Assembly: GCA_905233295.1 (NCBI GenBank)
Contig: CAJODX010000008.1
Location: 1-28,451, forward strand
DNA from: an uncultured Synergistales bacterium
GTDB taxonomy: Bacteria; Synergistota; Synergistia; Synergistales; Aminobacteriaceae
Direction: 5' to 3'
Length of the DNA stretch: 28,451 nt
Part shown: positions 7,996 to 16,434 of the stretch, piece after piece
How the letters are laid out: the number at the start of each line of letters is the position of its first letter
Numbering within the stretch: position 1 is the stretch's first letter
Program-made: the position numbers and the translations under genes
Notes under the pieces: generated by a model
The model's input: the letters and a program-made list of their open reading frames with translations, nothing else
The model's database searches: none
What the model was told of the DNA's origin: nothing

Positions 7996-8802
7996 TTATT
8001 GTACCGTTGAATCTGCATCATAATATACATCGCCTGATTGAGGGGCTGTATTGCCTGAAATATCGCAATCGCTGCTTGTCAGGCTTGCTTTTATAAGAGC
8101 GACACCGCCGCCTTTGCCTTTATCTTTGCCATTATTTGAAGCACTATTTTCCGTAATCTTACATTCATTCATAGTGATAGTGCTACTCACAGCCACAACA
8201 CCGCCGCCGTACAGTTGAGCCTCGTTGCTGATAATATCACAGCTGATCATCGTAATTGAACCTCTTATGGCAGAAATTCCGCCGCCTGTAAATGCTGAAA
8301 TATTATTTGAAATTTTACTGTTTGTTAAAGTAAAATCTTCTGCCTGTGAATGTATGCCGCCTCCGCCAAAAACGCCCGTATTACCGTAAATGTCGCAGCT
8401 TATTAGTTTGACTGTTCCGCCGTCAAGTTTTACTCCACCGCCATTTAACGAGTAACCGCCAGTGATTGTAAGATTTTCAAGAGTAATATTCCCCTGACAT
8501 CTTATTACGCGGTCTGTACCTGCGGCTTGGATGCGTTCTAAAACAGCATTGTTCACGCCCCTAATCGTGAGATTTTTCTTGATGTTGATAGTTTTGTTCA
8601 GCTTAAAATCTCCCGATAATTCAATAGTTCCGCCGTCTTTAATACGCTCGACAGCGTTTTGAATTGCCGTACCGTCAGAACTTGTAATCAGAACGTTTGA
8701 AAAGCCGTCCTGCACGTGGCAACCTTCACCAAGGTCTATATCAGCCGCAAACGCACTTCCGGCAAATATAAACGTTATAAACAACGCGGCAATTTTTTTC
8801 AT
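7996..8802 (-). CDS. Secreted right-handed beta-helix protein with Pmp-like GGG(I/V) repeats
   Basis: Signal peptide MKKIAALFITFIFAGSAFA; five GGG(V/I) motifs, most preceded by I..N segments about 28 aa apart; SD AAGGAGG. Alternative TTG start at 8808. Confidence 0.78.
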   Translation of the reverse strand: MKKIAALFITFIFAGSAFAADIDLGEGCHVQDGFSNVLITSSDGTAIQNAVERIKDGGTIELSGDFKLNKTINIKKNLTIRGVNNAVLERIQAAGTDRVIRCQGNITLENLTITGGYSLNGGGVKLDGGTVKLISCDIYGNTGVFGGGGIHSQAEDFTLTNSKISNNISAFTGGGISAIRGSITMISCDIISNEAQLYGGGVVAVSSTITMNECKITENSASNNGKDKGKGGGVALIKASLTSSDCDISGNTAPQSGDVYYDADSTVQ

Positions 8803-8980
8803 TGCCAAAAATCCTCCTTAATAAAATTTATTTTTATATACATATTATACTTAAAATTTTTAAATAATTAAGTGCGAATTTGGAACGGACTGACGGCTGA
8901 TATAATTCATATTGCCTGCATTTATTATTCTATGCAGCATTTCTTCAATATCTGTTTTAACGTTATTCAAACACCATTCA

Positions 8981-9196
8981 AATACGATTTTCAAAGGCAG
9001 CATAGGCAGCACAATGTATCCCGGAGGCAACGGCGATGACTTGAGAAAAAGCATAACTGAAAAAATTTTTGCTCTTCCTGATGAAACTGTACTATTATCG
9101 GGACATTCAGAACCAACGACGGTAAAAGCAGAGCGAACACGATACAAACTTTATTACCCAAAAAATGAACAGACTCTCAAGCAAAAAATATTTTAA
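8981..9196 (+). pseudogene. C-terminal fragment of an MBL-fold metallo-hydrolase (glyoxalase II-like)
   Basis: TIFKGSIGSTMYPGGNGDDLRKSITEKIFALPDETVLLSGHSEPTTVKAER matches the family C-terminus (GDTLFxGSIGRTDxPGG...LPDETxVxPGHGxxTT). The N-terminal HxHxDH half is absent. Confidence 0.7.
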
Positions 9197-10239
9197 TCGT
9201 GTGTACGCAAGGGATCTCCGCGGGCAGTAACGATTTCAAAGCCGATTTTTTTCATTCTGCTGCTTAAACATTCGCGGCATTGCGCACTCTCTTCGCCGGT
9301 GCAGATTTTGTTGTCATAAAGTTCATATTTTTTTCTGACATTTACAGGCGAAAGATTTGGCATTACAACATTTGCGCCAGACATTACGCCGAGTTCGCGC
9401 CCCATCGGATGAATAGTTCCGAGTGCTGTCGTTGCAGGGAGCAAAACGGGCGGATAAATCAATCTTATAATCGAAAGAAGATAGCATGTAAGCTCAACCG
9501 TTCCGGCTGAAAAATTTTTGAACGGCGTGTCTTTATGCGGCACAAAAGGTCCGATGCCGCACATATCGGGCTTAAAATTTTCGATGAACTTCAAATCCTG
9601 CGCAAGATTTTTTTCCGTCTGATACGGCGAGCCTACCATAAAGCCGCAGCCAACCTGATAGCCGAGTCCGCGTAAATTTTTCAGGCACTCAATGCGGTTT
9701 TCAAAAGACATTGAAGCCGGATGAAGCTTTGAATAATGTTCGGGGTCTGCTGTCTCGTGTCTTAACAAATATCTGTCAGCACCGCACTCACGCAAAAATT
9801 TATAGCTTTCAAAACTCCGTTCGCCCATCGAAAGGGTTACGGCACAGTCTGAATGCCGCGATTTTATTTTTTTGACGATGCCGCCAAGGATTTCGTCAGT
9901 GAAAAAAGAATCTTCGCCGCCCTGAAGCACAAAAGTTCGGAAGCCGAGTTCATAGCCTTCATCAGCGCACGAAATTATTTCATCGGGTGTTAGTCTGTAA
10001 CGTTCGCAGCTTGAGTTGCTGTGTCTTATACCGCAGTAAAAGCAATCGTTTTTGCAGATGTTTGAAATTTCAATCAGACCCCGGACGAAAATTTTGTTGC
10101 CGTAAATCTCTCTGCGTGTCCTGTCAGCGGATTTTCGTAAAATTTTCGCGAGTTCATCATTTCGATTTCTGATTAAACTCTCATATTCATCAAGTTCAAG
10201 CAAATGTGAATACGAGAGTTTTTCAATTAAATTTTTCAT
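9193..10239 (-). CDS. hydE: [FeFe]-hydrogenase maturase radical SAM HydE
   Basis: GLIEISNICKNDCFYCG (CX3CX2C), LQGGED, YLLRHET, GIGPFVPHKDTPF, PATTAL, GANVVMPN, YELYDNK (YxxY) and C-terminal CX7CX2C. Confidence 0.9.
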   Translation of the reverse strand: MKNLIEKLSYSHLLELDEYESLIRNRNDELAKILRKSADRTRREIYGNKIFVRGLIEISNICKNDCFYCGIRHSNSSCERYRLTPDEIISCADEGYELGFRTFVLQGGEDSFFTDEILGGIVKKIKSRHSDCAVTLSMGERSFESYKFLRECGADRYLLRHETADPEHYSKLHPASMSFENRIECLKNLRGLGYQVGCGFMVGSPYQTEKNLAQDLKFIENFKPDMCGIGPFVPHKDTPFKNFSAGTVELTCYLLSIIRLIYPPVLLPATTALGTIHPMGRELGVMSGANVVMPNLSPVNVRKKYELYDNKICTGEESAQCRECLSSRMKKIGFEIVTARGDPLRTHD

Positions 10240-10254
10240 GTTTAAAAAATAATT

Positions 10255-11358
10255 TCAAATCCTGTCAACACGCCACGCGAAGAAAAACGCAATGAGCATA
10301 AAAACAAAATTCGGTCCCCATCCTGCAACAGCAGCAGGAATATTCCCAGCTTCACCCAATGCGCGGCAGAAAGACATCACGACATAATACGCGAAGACTA
10401 TTACAACGCTGATGCCGAAGCCGACTCCGCCGCCTGAACGCCCGCGTCTTGAAGCTCCGAATCCTGCGCCTAACACAGCCATAATGACGCACGCCCAAGG
10501 GACTGCGAGTTTCAGATGGAACATTACCCAGAGCTGAGATAAATCCGAGCCGAGTTCACCTGCCTGTTTAATGTAACTCCAAAGTTCGTGCGCACTCATA
10601 TTAGAGGGCTTTCGTGTACTGCGCTGTAGCTGTTCAGGCGATAATCTCAGCGCGAGTTTCTGACGGTCAAAACGCAAAAGCAAAACTATTTCGCCTTCAG
10701 CCGTTACGTTGTACATTCGTCCGTCTTCAATCCACCATTGATTGTCGAGCCACATTCCGCGCCGTGCGTTTAATGTTGTAGCCAGTCTGCCCTCATCGTC
10801 AAACTCATGCATCATTATGCCGCTCATCAAGCCTTTGCCGGTGTCAAGTTCATCGACATATAAAACCCGTTTTAATTTTCCGTTTTCGTTATCACGGAGA
10901 AAAACTTTTTGCTGTATAGCCGAAGCCTGATTTTTCATTATTTCGTATCTCATAAGCCTGTCAGCGGCTATCGAAGCAAAAGGAACGACCGTTTCATTAA
11001 AGCCCAGCGCGGCAAAAGCAATGAGCATTGAAGTTAAAATGACGGGTCTTAAAATTCTTGTGAAAGGAATCCCCAACGACTTCAAGGCGATCAACTCGCT
11101 TCCGGAGTTCAGCGTTGACATTCCCAAAAGTCCCGCAAGCAACGAAGACATAGGGATCGTCATTACAACGACTTCTGGAAGTCTGTAAAAAAACAGACGC
11201 GTAACAACTCCGAACGCTACTCCCTGTTCGATTATCAATTTCGCAGCCTGAAACAACAAATCTCCGGCAACAAAAATCAGAACGAAAATTAATATTCCGA
11301 ACATAAACGGAGCAGCGCACGCACCTAAAATCAATTTGTTAAGCAAACTTCTTTTCAT
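10255..11358 (-). CDS. LptF/LptG family permease
   Basis: Three TM, periplasmic beta-jellyroll, three TM; SGSELIALKSLGIPFTRILRP; PSNMSAHEL; AAVAGWGPN. Confidence 0.88.
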   Translation of the reverse strand: MKRSLLNKLILGACAAPFMFGILIFVLIFVAGDLLFQAAKLIIEQGVAFGVVTRLFFYRLPEVVVMTIPMSSLLAGLLGMSTLNSGSELIALKSLGIPFTRILRPVILTSMLIAFAALGFNETVVPFASIAADRLMRYEIMKNQASAIQQKVFLRDNENGKLKRVLYVDELDTGKGLMSGIMMHEFDDEGRLATTLNARRGMWLDNQWWIEDGRMYNVTAEGEIVLLLRFDRQKLALRLSPEQLQRSTRKPSNMSAHELWSYIKQAGELGSDLSQLWVMFHLKLAVPWACVIMAVLGAGFGASRRGRSGGGVGFGISVVIVFAYYVVMSFCRALGEAGNIPAAVAGWGPNFVFMLIAFFFAWRVDRI

Positions 11359-11376
11359 TGCACCATTAAAAATTTT

Positions 11377-12534
11377 TTAACTCGACAACGCGTTGGCGGA
11401 ATATTTTCGCGTCATCTCGTGAGTCATCTGCTCGACAAGCTCCTTAGATGACGGAATGTTATTTTCGTTTTCAAACGTCTGATGCACTGTAAGAACAGTA
11501 ACGTTAAAGAAAACATCAAATGTCGGGCAGAGCGCGTTCACAATAGCCGTCAGACGCTCTGAAACATTTTCCACCATTTGATACGGACATTCGGACAAAA
11601 GAACCAAAATCTGAAATTCTCCGGTTTGTATTGCCGTATCGGACTGTCTTAAATCTTTCATTACCCTTGCCGTGTAGGCTCTGAACGGTCTCACGTATTT
11701 GTCCATATCGTCATCAGGGAGCAGCTGCGGGAACACGACACGAATCATCAAGGCACTGACGGGATGACGATAGCGTGCCGCACGGTAAAGTTCGTCAGAA
11801 ATTCTTGCAAGCCCGTAAGTGTATGTGTAAAGTGTTGTGTCTGGATCAATGAACTGAACGCCCTCAGCCGATGCGGAATGTTCTCCTGTTTCGTCGCTGT
11901 TGCCGGTTGGAAGTCCTTTAGGATTAAGTTCAAAATAAAATCTTCGTCCGTCTTCCATTTGAACGCGTTTAACGTCCCAGATTTTTTCGTTTATTTCCGC
12001 AGTTTTTGAGACAGGATTGAACCATTCCGTTACATTTTTCCCGATTGTGTCAAGACGTTCGAGTTTCAAAATTTTCAGCATCTCTTCACTGAGATTTAAA
12101 ATAAGCCCTGTTTCGTCAGTGATTAAGAAATTTAACGGAAGACGTTTTATATCATCTTCAATGGCAACGGGTACGATTTTATTCCGTTCGCTTTCAGCCT
12201 GATTGTATTCAACCACGAGAGCCGCCGCTCCGCACACAGCGATTATGACGCCGAGCCACTGAAACATTCTCGCGCCGTAAGCAATCGACATCGGGCAAAG
12301 TAAAATTCCCTGCGCAAGTGCCTCAAGCGGAATTAATCCAACGCTGAATCCGTTAGCAATGAACATTCCGTATAAAATACTCAGCGTTATGAAAATCAGC
12401 CACGCGAGTCCCCAGATTGATAAATCGACTTCGCCTATAATGTTGCCTTCGCCCATAGTGCGCGCAAGTATTATCGTGAATACCGCGATAACGGGCGGAA
12501 AGCCAATCCATTTAAAAAAATTGTTCTGTCCCAT
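11377..12534 (-). CDS. Membrane protein: 3-4 TM + PAS-like + degenerate GGDEF domain
   Basis: Hydrophobic N-terminus; LPLNFLITDETGLILNLS (PAS-like); DPDTTLYTYTYGLARISDELYRAARYRHPVSALMI (GGDEF-domain start); RQSDTAIQTGEFQILVLL at the I-site/A-site position. Confidence 0.72.
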   Translation of the reverse strand: MGQNNFFKWIGFPPVIAVFTIILARTMGEGNIIGEVDLSIWGLAWLIFITLSILYGMFIANGFSVGLIPLEALAQGILLCPMSIAYGARMFQWLGVIIAVCGAAALVVEYNQAESERNKIVPVAIEDDIKRLPLNFLITDETGLILNLSEEMLKILKLERLDTIGKNVTEWFNPVSKTAEINEKIWDVKRVQMEDGRRFYFELNPKGLPTGNSDETGEHSASAEGVQFIDPDTTLYTYTYGLARISDELYRAARYRHPVSALMIRVVFPQLLPDDDMDKYVRPFRAYTARVMKDLRQSDTAIQTGEFQILVLLSECPYQMVENVSERLTAIVNALCPTFDVFFNVTVLTVHQTFENENNIPSSKELVEQMTHEMTRKYSANALSS

Positions 12535-12544
12535 TTGAAATTTT

Positions 12545-14147
12545 CTACCTGTAAAGAAGTTCTTCGCCGCTCGGATAACTCAATTTATAGTCAACGATAA
12601 TCGGCACTGTCGTTCCGGCAGGGACTGTAATTTCCCACGTAAGTCTGTTTTCGGGGTCGCGTTCTCTTTCTTTCGGTTCAATGCGGTTGACGTCGAGTTT
12701 AATTTTTTCGTCAGTCGGGAATCGGCAGACGGTCTTTCACAGTGATGACCCTCTCTGTTTTTGTTCCGTTCGTGATTTCAAGTTTGTAGCCGCTTGTGAA
12801 GACTCCGCTGAACCAAGACACTCCCGTTTTTTCGACTAAAGCCTCTTTCTTTACCGTGATAGCTTCGGCATAACCGAAAGGAATCTGTTTTTGAGTTTCA
12901 TATTCGCCGATGTTAATTTTCCCTGTCGTTTCACCGTCAACGCGAAGTTCGGCAACAGCTGGAATCAATTTGTCGCTGCTCTCGTCCATGCTTGCAATGA
13001 GCCACGCGTTGTTACGCTGTTCGGGTATCATCATTATGACGAGATCGCCTTTTAATTTTATGTCGCCGATGAAAAGTTCAAGTTCCTGTTCAGAACCATC
13101 GCCGGGCAAAGCTCCTTCAGCATCGAGAGTTCTGTCCGCGAGAGTTTCTTTTATTGCAGGAGCCGCCGCAATTGTCTTTTTCATAACGCCGTCATCTTTT
13201 TCAAAGTCAGCCATTTCTTCCATTGACATAGCATCTGCGTCTATCATTTTTGCTGACTGATACATTCTGTTCGTGCGAGAGAAACTTGCAGCACCGACAG
13301 TCGCGATTTTTTCTTCTTTAGGTTTGATTCCGACTCTTAACGGCTTAAGCTCAGGATACGTAACGCGTTCGTCAGGAGTTTTAGTGTGAAGGACTATATC
13401 GCCGTGTTTGAAGTCCAGACCTGTTTTCTGTGATGCTCTTACGTAAAGTTCCGTTTCAATTTTTCCGTTCGCTGAATTGAGATCGAGAACGTAACGTGGC
13501 TGCCACGAAGCCGCCGTAGTGAACGCTGAAAACTCGACATTATCTGAAGCCCTGCCGGTGATGGCGATGTAACTTGAATCGCCGCGAGGTTTTCTTGAAT
13601 TTATTTCGCTGTTGATGGCTTTGAGTTTTGCCTGTTCCTCTGAAATTTCCTTTTTGAGAGTTACGAGTTCGTTTTCGGTTTCAAGTCTCAAAGTCTGAGA
13701 ATCTTTAATGTAGCTTAAAAGTTCTTCGGGTTTTGATTTTTCAGGCTTAAGATCTTCAAGCATCTCAAGTGTCTGTTCGAGTGCGGAACGTTTTGCCGTA
13801 AGTCCGGAAATTTTTTCAGAAATTTCATCAGCCTGTGTCTTCAGTGCCGCGAGACGTGAAGGAAGCCACGGCTGTCTGCTGAAAACTTCAACGTGAATAT
13901 CGCCCTCGACAAACTCGGGATTCAATAATTTTACTGAATCGGCATTGAACGAACCCGGCAGAAAAGCTTTGAAATTTCCCTCAGCGTCATAAGGTTCAAC
14001 AGTGAAAGAAAATTTTGCTCCGCTCGGATAAAATTCAAGACCTGTGATTGTGTCTGTGTAATTTTCGGGAACTTCAAGCGCCTGTGAAAAATCCGCGCTG
14101 AAAAAAAACGCCGAAATAATAGTCATTAAGAAAATGAATATCTTCAT
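12545..14147 (-). CDS. DUF4139/DUF4140 (MuiA-like) exported protein, interrupted by a +1 frameshift near the 3' end
   Basis: Signal peptide from ATG at 14147; ITGLEFYPSGAKF; coiled coil; AASWQPRYVLDL; ASQKTGLDF; KLEITNGT...VKDRLPIP. Removing one G from GGG at 12717-12719 restores TDEKIKLDV...RLTWEITVPAG...IIVDYKLSYP to a TAG at 12545. Confidence 0.8.
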
Positions 14148-14465
14148 TAAAAAAAATCCTTTCTGATAAAAAATCTTAAGTTCCTCATTTTGAAAATTAT
14201 AATGTATAATCAAAAAAAAATTTTGCGCCTTGCCTTGGAAAATTGAACGAAAAATTTTTCCTGTGCGTTCAAAACAAAAATTTAAGGTGTAAAATTAACG
14301 TGATAAAAATTAAAGGAGCGAAAAGAATTTTATTGCCGGTTAGCCATTCAGGAAGAAGGCTGCAAGTGTCGGCTCTCCAGTAACATATCAATAAAATTTG
14401 AAAATTATGAAGCATATCGACGGAGCGAGAAAAATAAATTATTTAACCGGGAGGCTTGCGACTCA

Positions 14466-14813
14466 ATGGAGCGTCTTTTAATAGATTTTTCACAGGTGTA
14501 TGGGCAAAACGGAACTCAAAGCGCGGCACGGAGCGTTTATAACACACAGGCAGCCAGGCTTAGAGATTCTGATAAAACACAGGAAACTCCGAGAATTTCA
14601 TTCGAGGATATGCTTTCAGACTCAATAAAAAATGTAAATAACCTTCAGCTAGAAGCCGAAAAAAAAGTTCGTGATATGGCTCTCGGCGATGTTGATGATA
14701 TTTCCGAAGTCGTGCTGGCATCATCAAGAGCTGACACGGCTTTGCGTCTGGTCATGGAAATGAGAAACAAGTTCCTTGACGCTTATCAGGCACTGTCGCG
14801 CATAACCGGCTAA
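14466..14813 (+). CDS. fliE: Flagellar hook-basal body protein FliE
   Basis: SFEDMLSDSIKNVNNLQ...GDVDDISEVVLASSRADTALRLVMEMRNKFLDAYQ; precedes fliF. Confidence 0.93.
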   Translation: MERLLIDFSQVYGQNGTQSAARSVYNTQAARLRDSDKTQETPRISFEDMLSDSIKNVNNLQLEAEKKVRDMALGDVDDISEVVLASSRADTALRLVMEMRNKFLDAYQALSRITG

Positions 14814-14833
14814 ATTAAAAAAATAAAATCATT

Positions 14834-16411
14834 ATGGACAGTATAAGACGCTGGACAGCCTCGTTCTTAAATTTCTGGGGTGCGTTAAAACTCTGGCAGA
14901 GAGCGTCGATAATTTTAGCGGTGCTTTTTGTTTTCGGAGGGCTAGGCGCGTTGATTTTTATGACGGGCACAACTAACTATGAGCCTTTGTACGCGGGTCT
15001 TGAAGTTGAAGATCAGGCGGCAATCGTTGATTATTTAAAAGAAAACAATCTGCCTTACAGACTTGACCCTAAAGCAAACGCAATTTTAATGCCGGGCGGC
15101 GCAGTTTATGAAACCCGATTGGCACTCGCACAGATGGGACTTCCTAAAGGCGGCACAACGGGCTTTGAAATTTTTGACGATTCCAAAATGGGAATGAGCG
15201 AATTTCAGCAGCGCATAGCCTACATGAGAGCAATCGAAGGTGAACTCGCACGAACGATTTCGCAGATGGCTTCCGTTGAAAACGCAAGAGTCAGTGTTGT
15301 CATTCCCGAACAGAGATTATTTTTGGAACAGCAGAAACCTTCGACAGCTTCAGTCCTGTTGAGATTAAGACAGGGCGCAACGATCGGACCTACTCAGGTA
15401 AAATCAATAATTCATCTTGTCGCGCACAGCGTTGACGGGCTTACTCCTGATTCAGTTACGGTCGTCGATACGAACGGACGAATTTTATCCGACATGATTT
15501 CGGATTCAATGATAATGTACAATCCGGACGGCTCAAACTCCGTTACGTCTGTTCAAAGAGAACTCGAACGCCAGCACGAACATGAACTTGAAAATAAAGT
15601 CCGCGCGATGCTCGAACAGGTTTTCGGTCCCGGCACAGCAGTTGTCAGAGTGAAAATAGATTTAGACTTTGACAAAAAAACGAGTTCATATGTTGAATAC
15701 ACCCCTAACCCCGAAACAGGAACAGGCGTTCCCCGCAGCAACGAACGTCAGGAAGAAAGCTACACAGGTCAGGGCAACCCCGTCAACGGAAATCCCGGCA
15801 CAACGACAAACATTCCGGGCTATGCAATCAACTCCAACACGGTTGAAAGTGAATATAACCGTTCAAACGCAACTACAAACTATGAAATTTCCACACGCAA
15901 GGGTGATCAGATCGTAACGCCCGGCGGTGTGCGGAGACTTTCAGCCTCTGTCCTTATTGATGACAGAAACAACGACATCTCTGAAGAAAGATTAGAGGCT
16001 TTGCAGGAAATAATTTCCTCGGCAATCGGCTTTAATAAAGAACGCGGAGACAGTCTTGTCGTTCACGCCATGAGATTCTCAACGGCTTTTGCGGACTCGA
16101 TGGCTGAACAGCTCCGTCAGGACAGAATGTGGAAAATAATTTACGGTTCTGTTGCTGCGTTCCTTGTGTTGTTGATCCTTGCCATAGCGTTCTATGTCTG
16201 GATCAGAATGAAACGCGCCAAGCTTGCTGTACAGGAAATCGAAGCCGAAGGAAAGAAAGTCCCGACGATTCAGGAAATGCTCACATCGCCCGATCTTCTT
16301 GCGTTCCAAGGAGAAATGGCGGTGCTTGAAGAACAGCTCAAAGCCTATGCAAAGAGTCATCCCGATGAAATCGCGACTCTTGTTAATGAATGGCTCTCAT
16401 CTGAAAATTAA
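14834..16411 (+). CDS. fliF: Flagellar MS-ring protein FliF
   Basis: YETRLALAQMGLP, GFEIFD, RAIEGELARTI, ARVSVVIPE, PSTASVLL; two TM segments. Confidence 0.96.
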   Translation: MDSIRRWTASFLNFWGALKLWQRASIILAVLFVFGGLGALIFMTGTTNYEPLYAGLEVEDQAAIVDYLKENNLPYRLDPKANAILMPGGAVYETRLALAQMGLPKGGTTGFEIFDDSKMGMSEFQQRIAYMRAIEGELARTISQMASVENARVSVVIPEQRLFLEQQKPSTASVLLRLRQGATIGPTQVKSIIHLVAHSVDGLTPDSVTVVDTNGRILSDMISDSMIMYNPDGSNSVTSVQRELERQHEHELENKVRAMLEQVFGPGTAVVRVKIDLDFDKKTSSYVEYTPNPETGTGVPRSNERQEESYTGQGNPVNGNPGTTTNIPGYAINSNTVESEYNRSNATTNYEISTRKGDQIVTPGGVRRLSASVLIDDRNNDISEERLEALQEIISSAIGFNKERGDSLVVHAMRFSTAFADSMAEQLRQDRMWKIIYGSVAAFLVLLILAIAFYVWIRMKRAKLAVQEIEAEGKKVPTIQEMLTSPDLLAFQGEMAVLEEQLKAYAKSHPDEIATLVNEWLSSEN

Positions 16412-16434
16412 TTTTTATAAAAGGAGTGCGTGAT

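Noticed and set aside
12708-12722. prfB-type programmed +1 frameshift
   Set aside because: There is no CTT-TGA-C slippery site and no internal SD at the proper spacing, so mutation or sequencing error is more parsimonious.
14148-14213. Track N-terminal extension of DUF4139
   Set aside because: The signal peptide and SD-like AAAGGA fit ATG at 14147.
14311-14342. Sigma28 promoter for fliE (TAAA...GCCGGTTA)
   Set aside because: The spacer is 20 nt rather than 15, and the -10 is mismatched.
14311-14400. c-di-GMP riboswitch upstream of fliE
   Set aside because: It lacks the class I GGCAAAC..GAAA..GACGCAAAGC pattern, and I could not recognise a class II pseudoknot.
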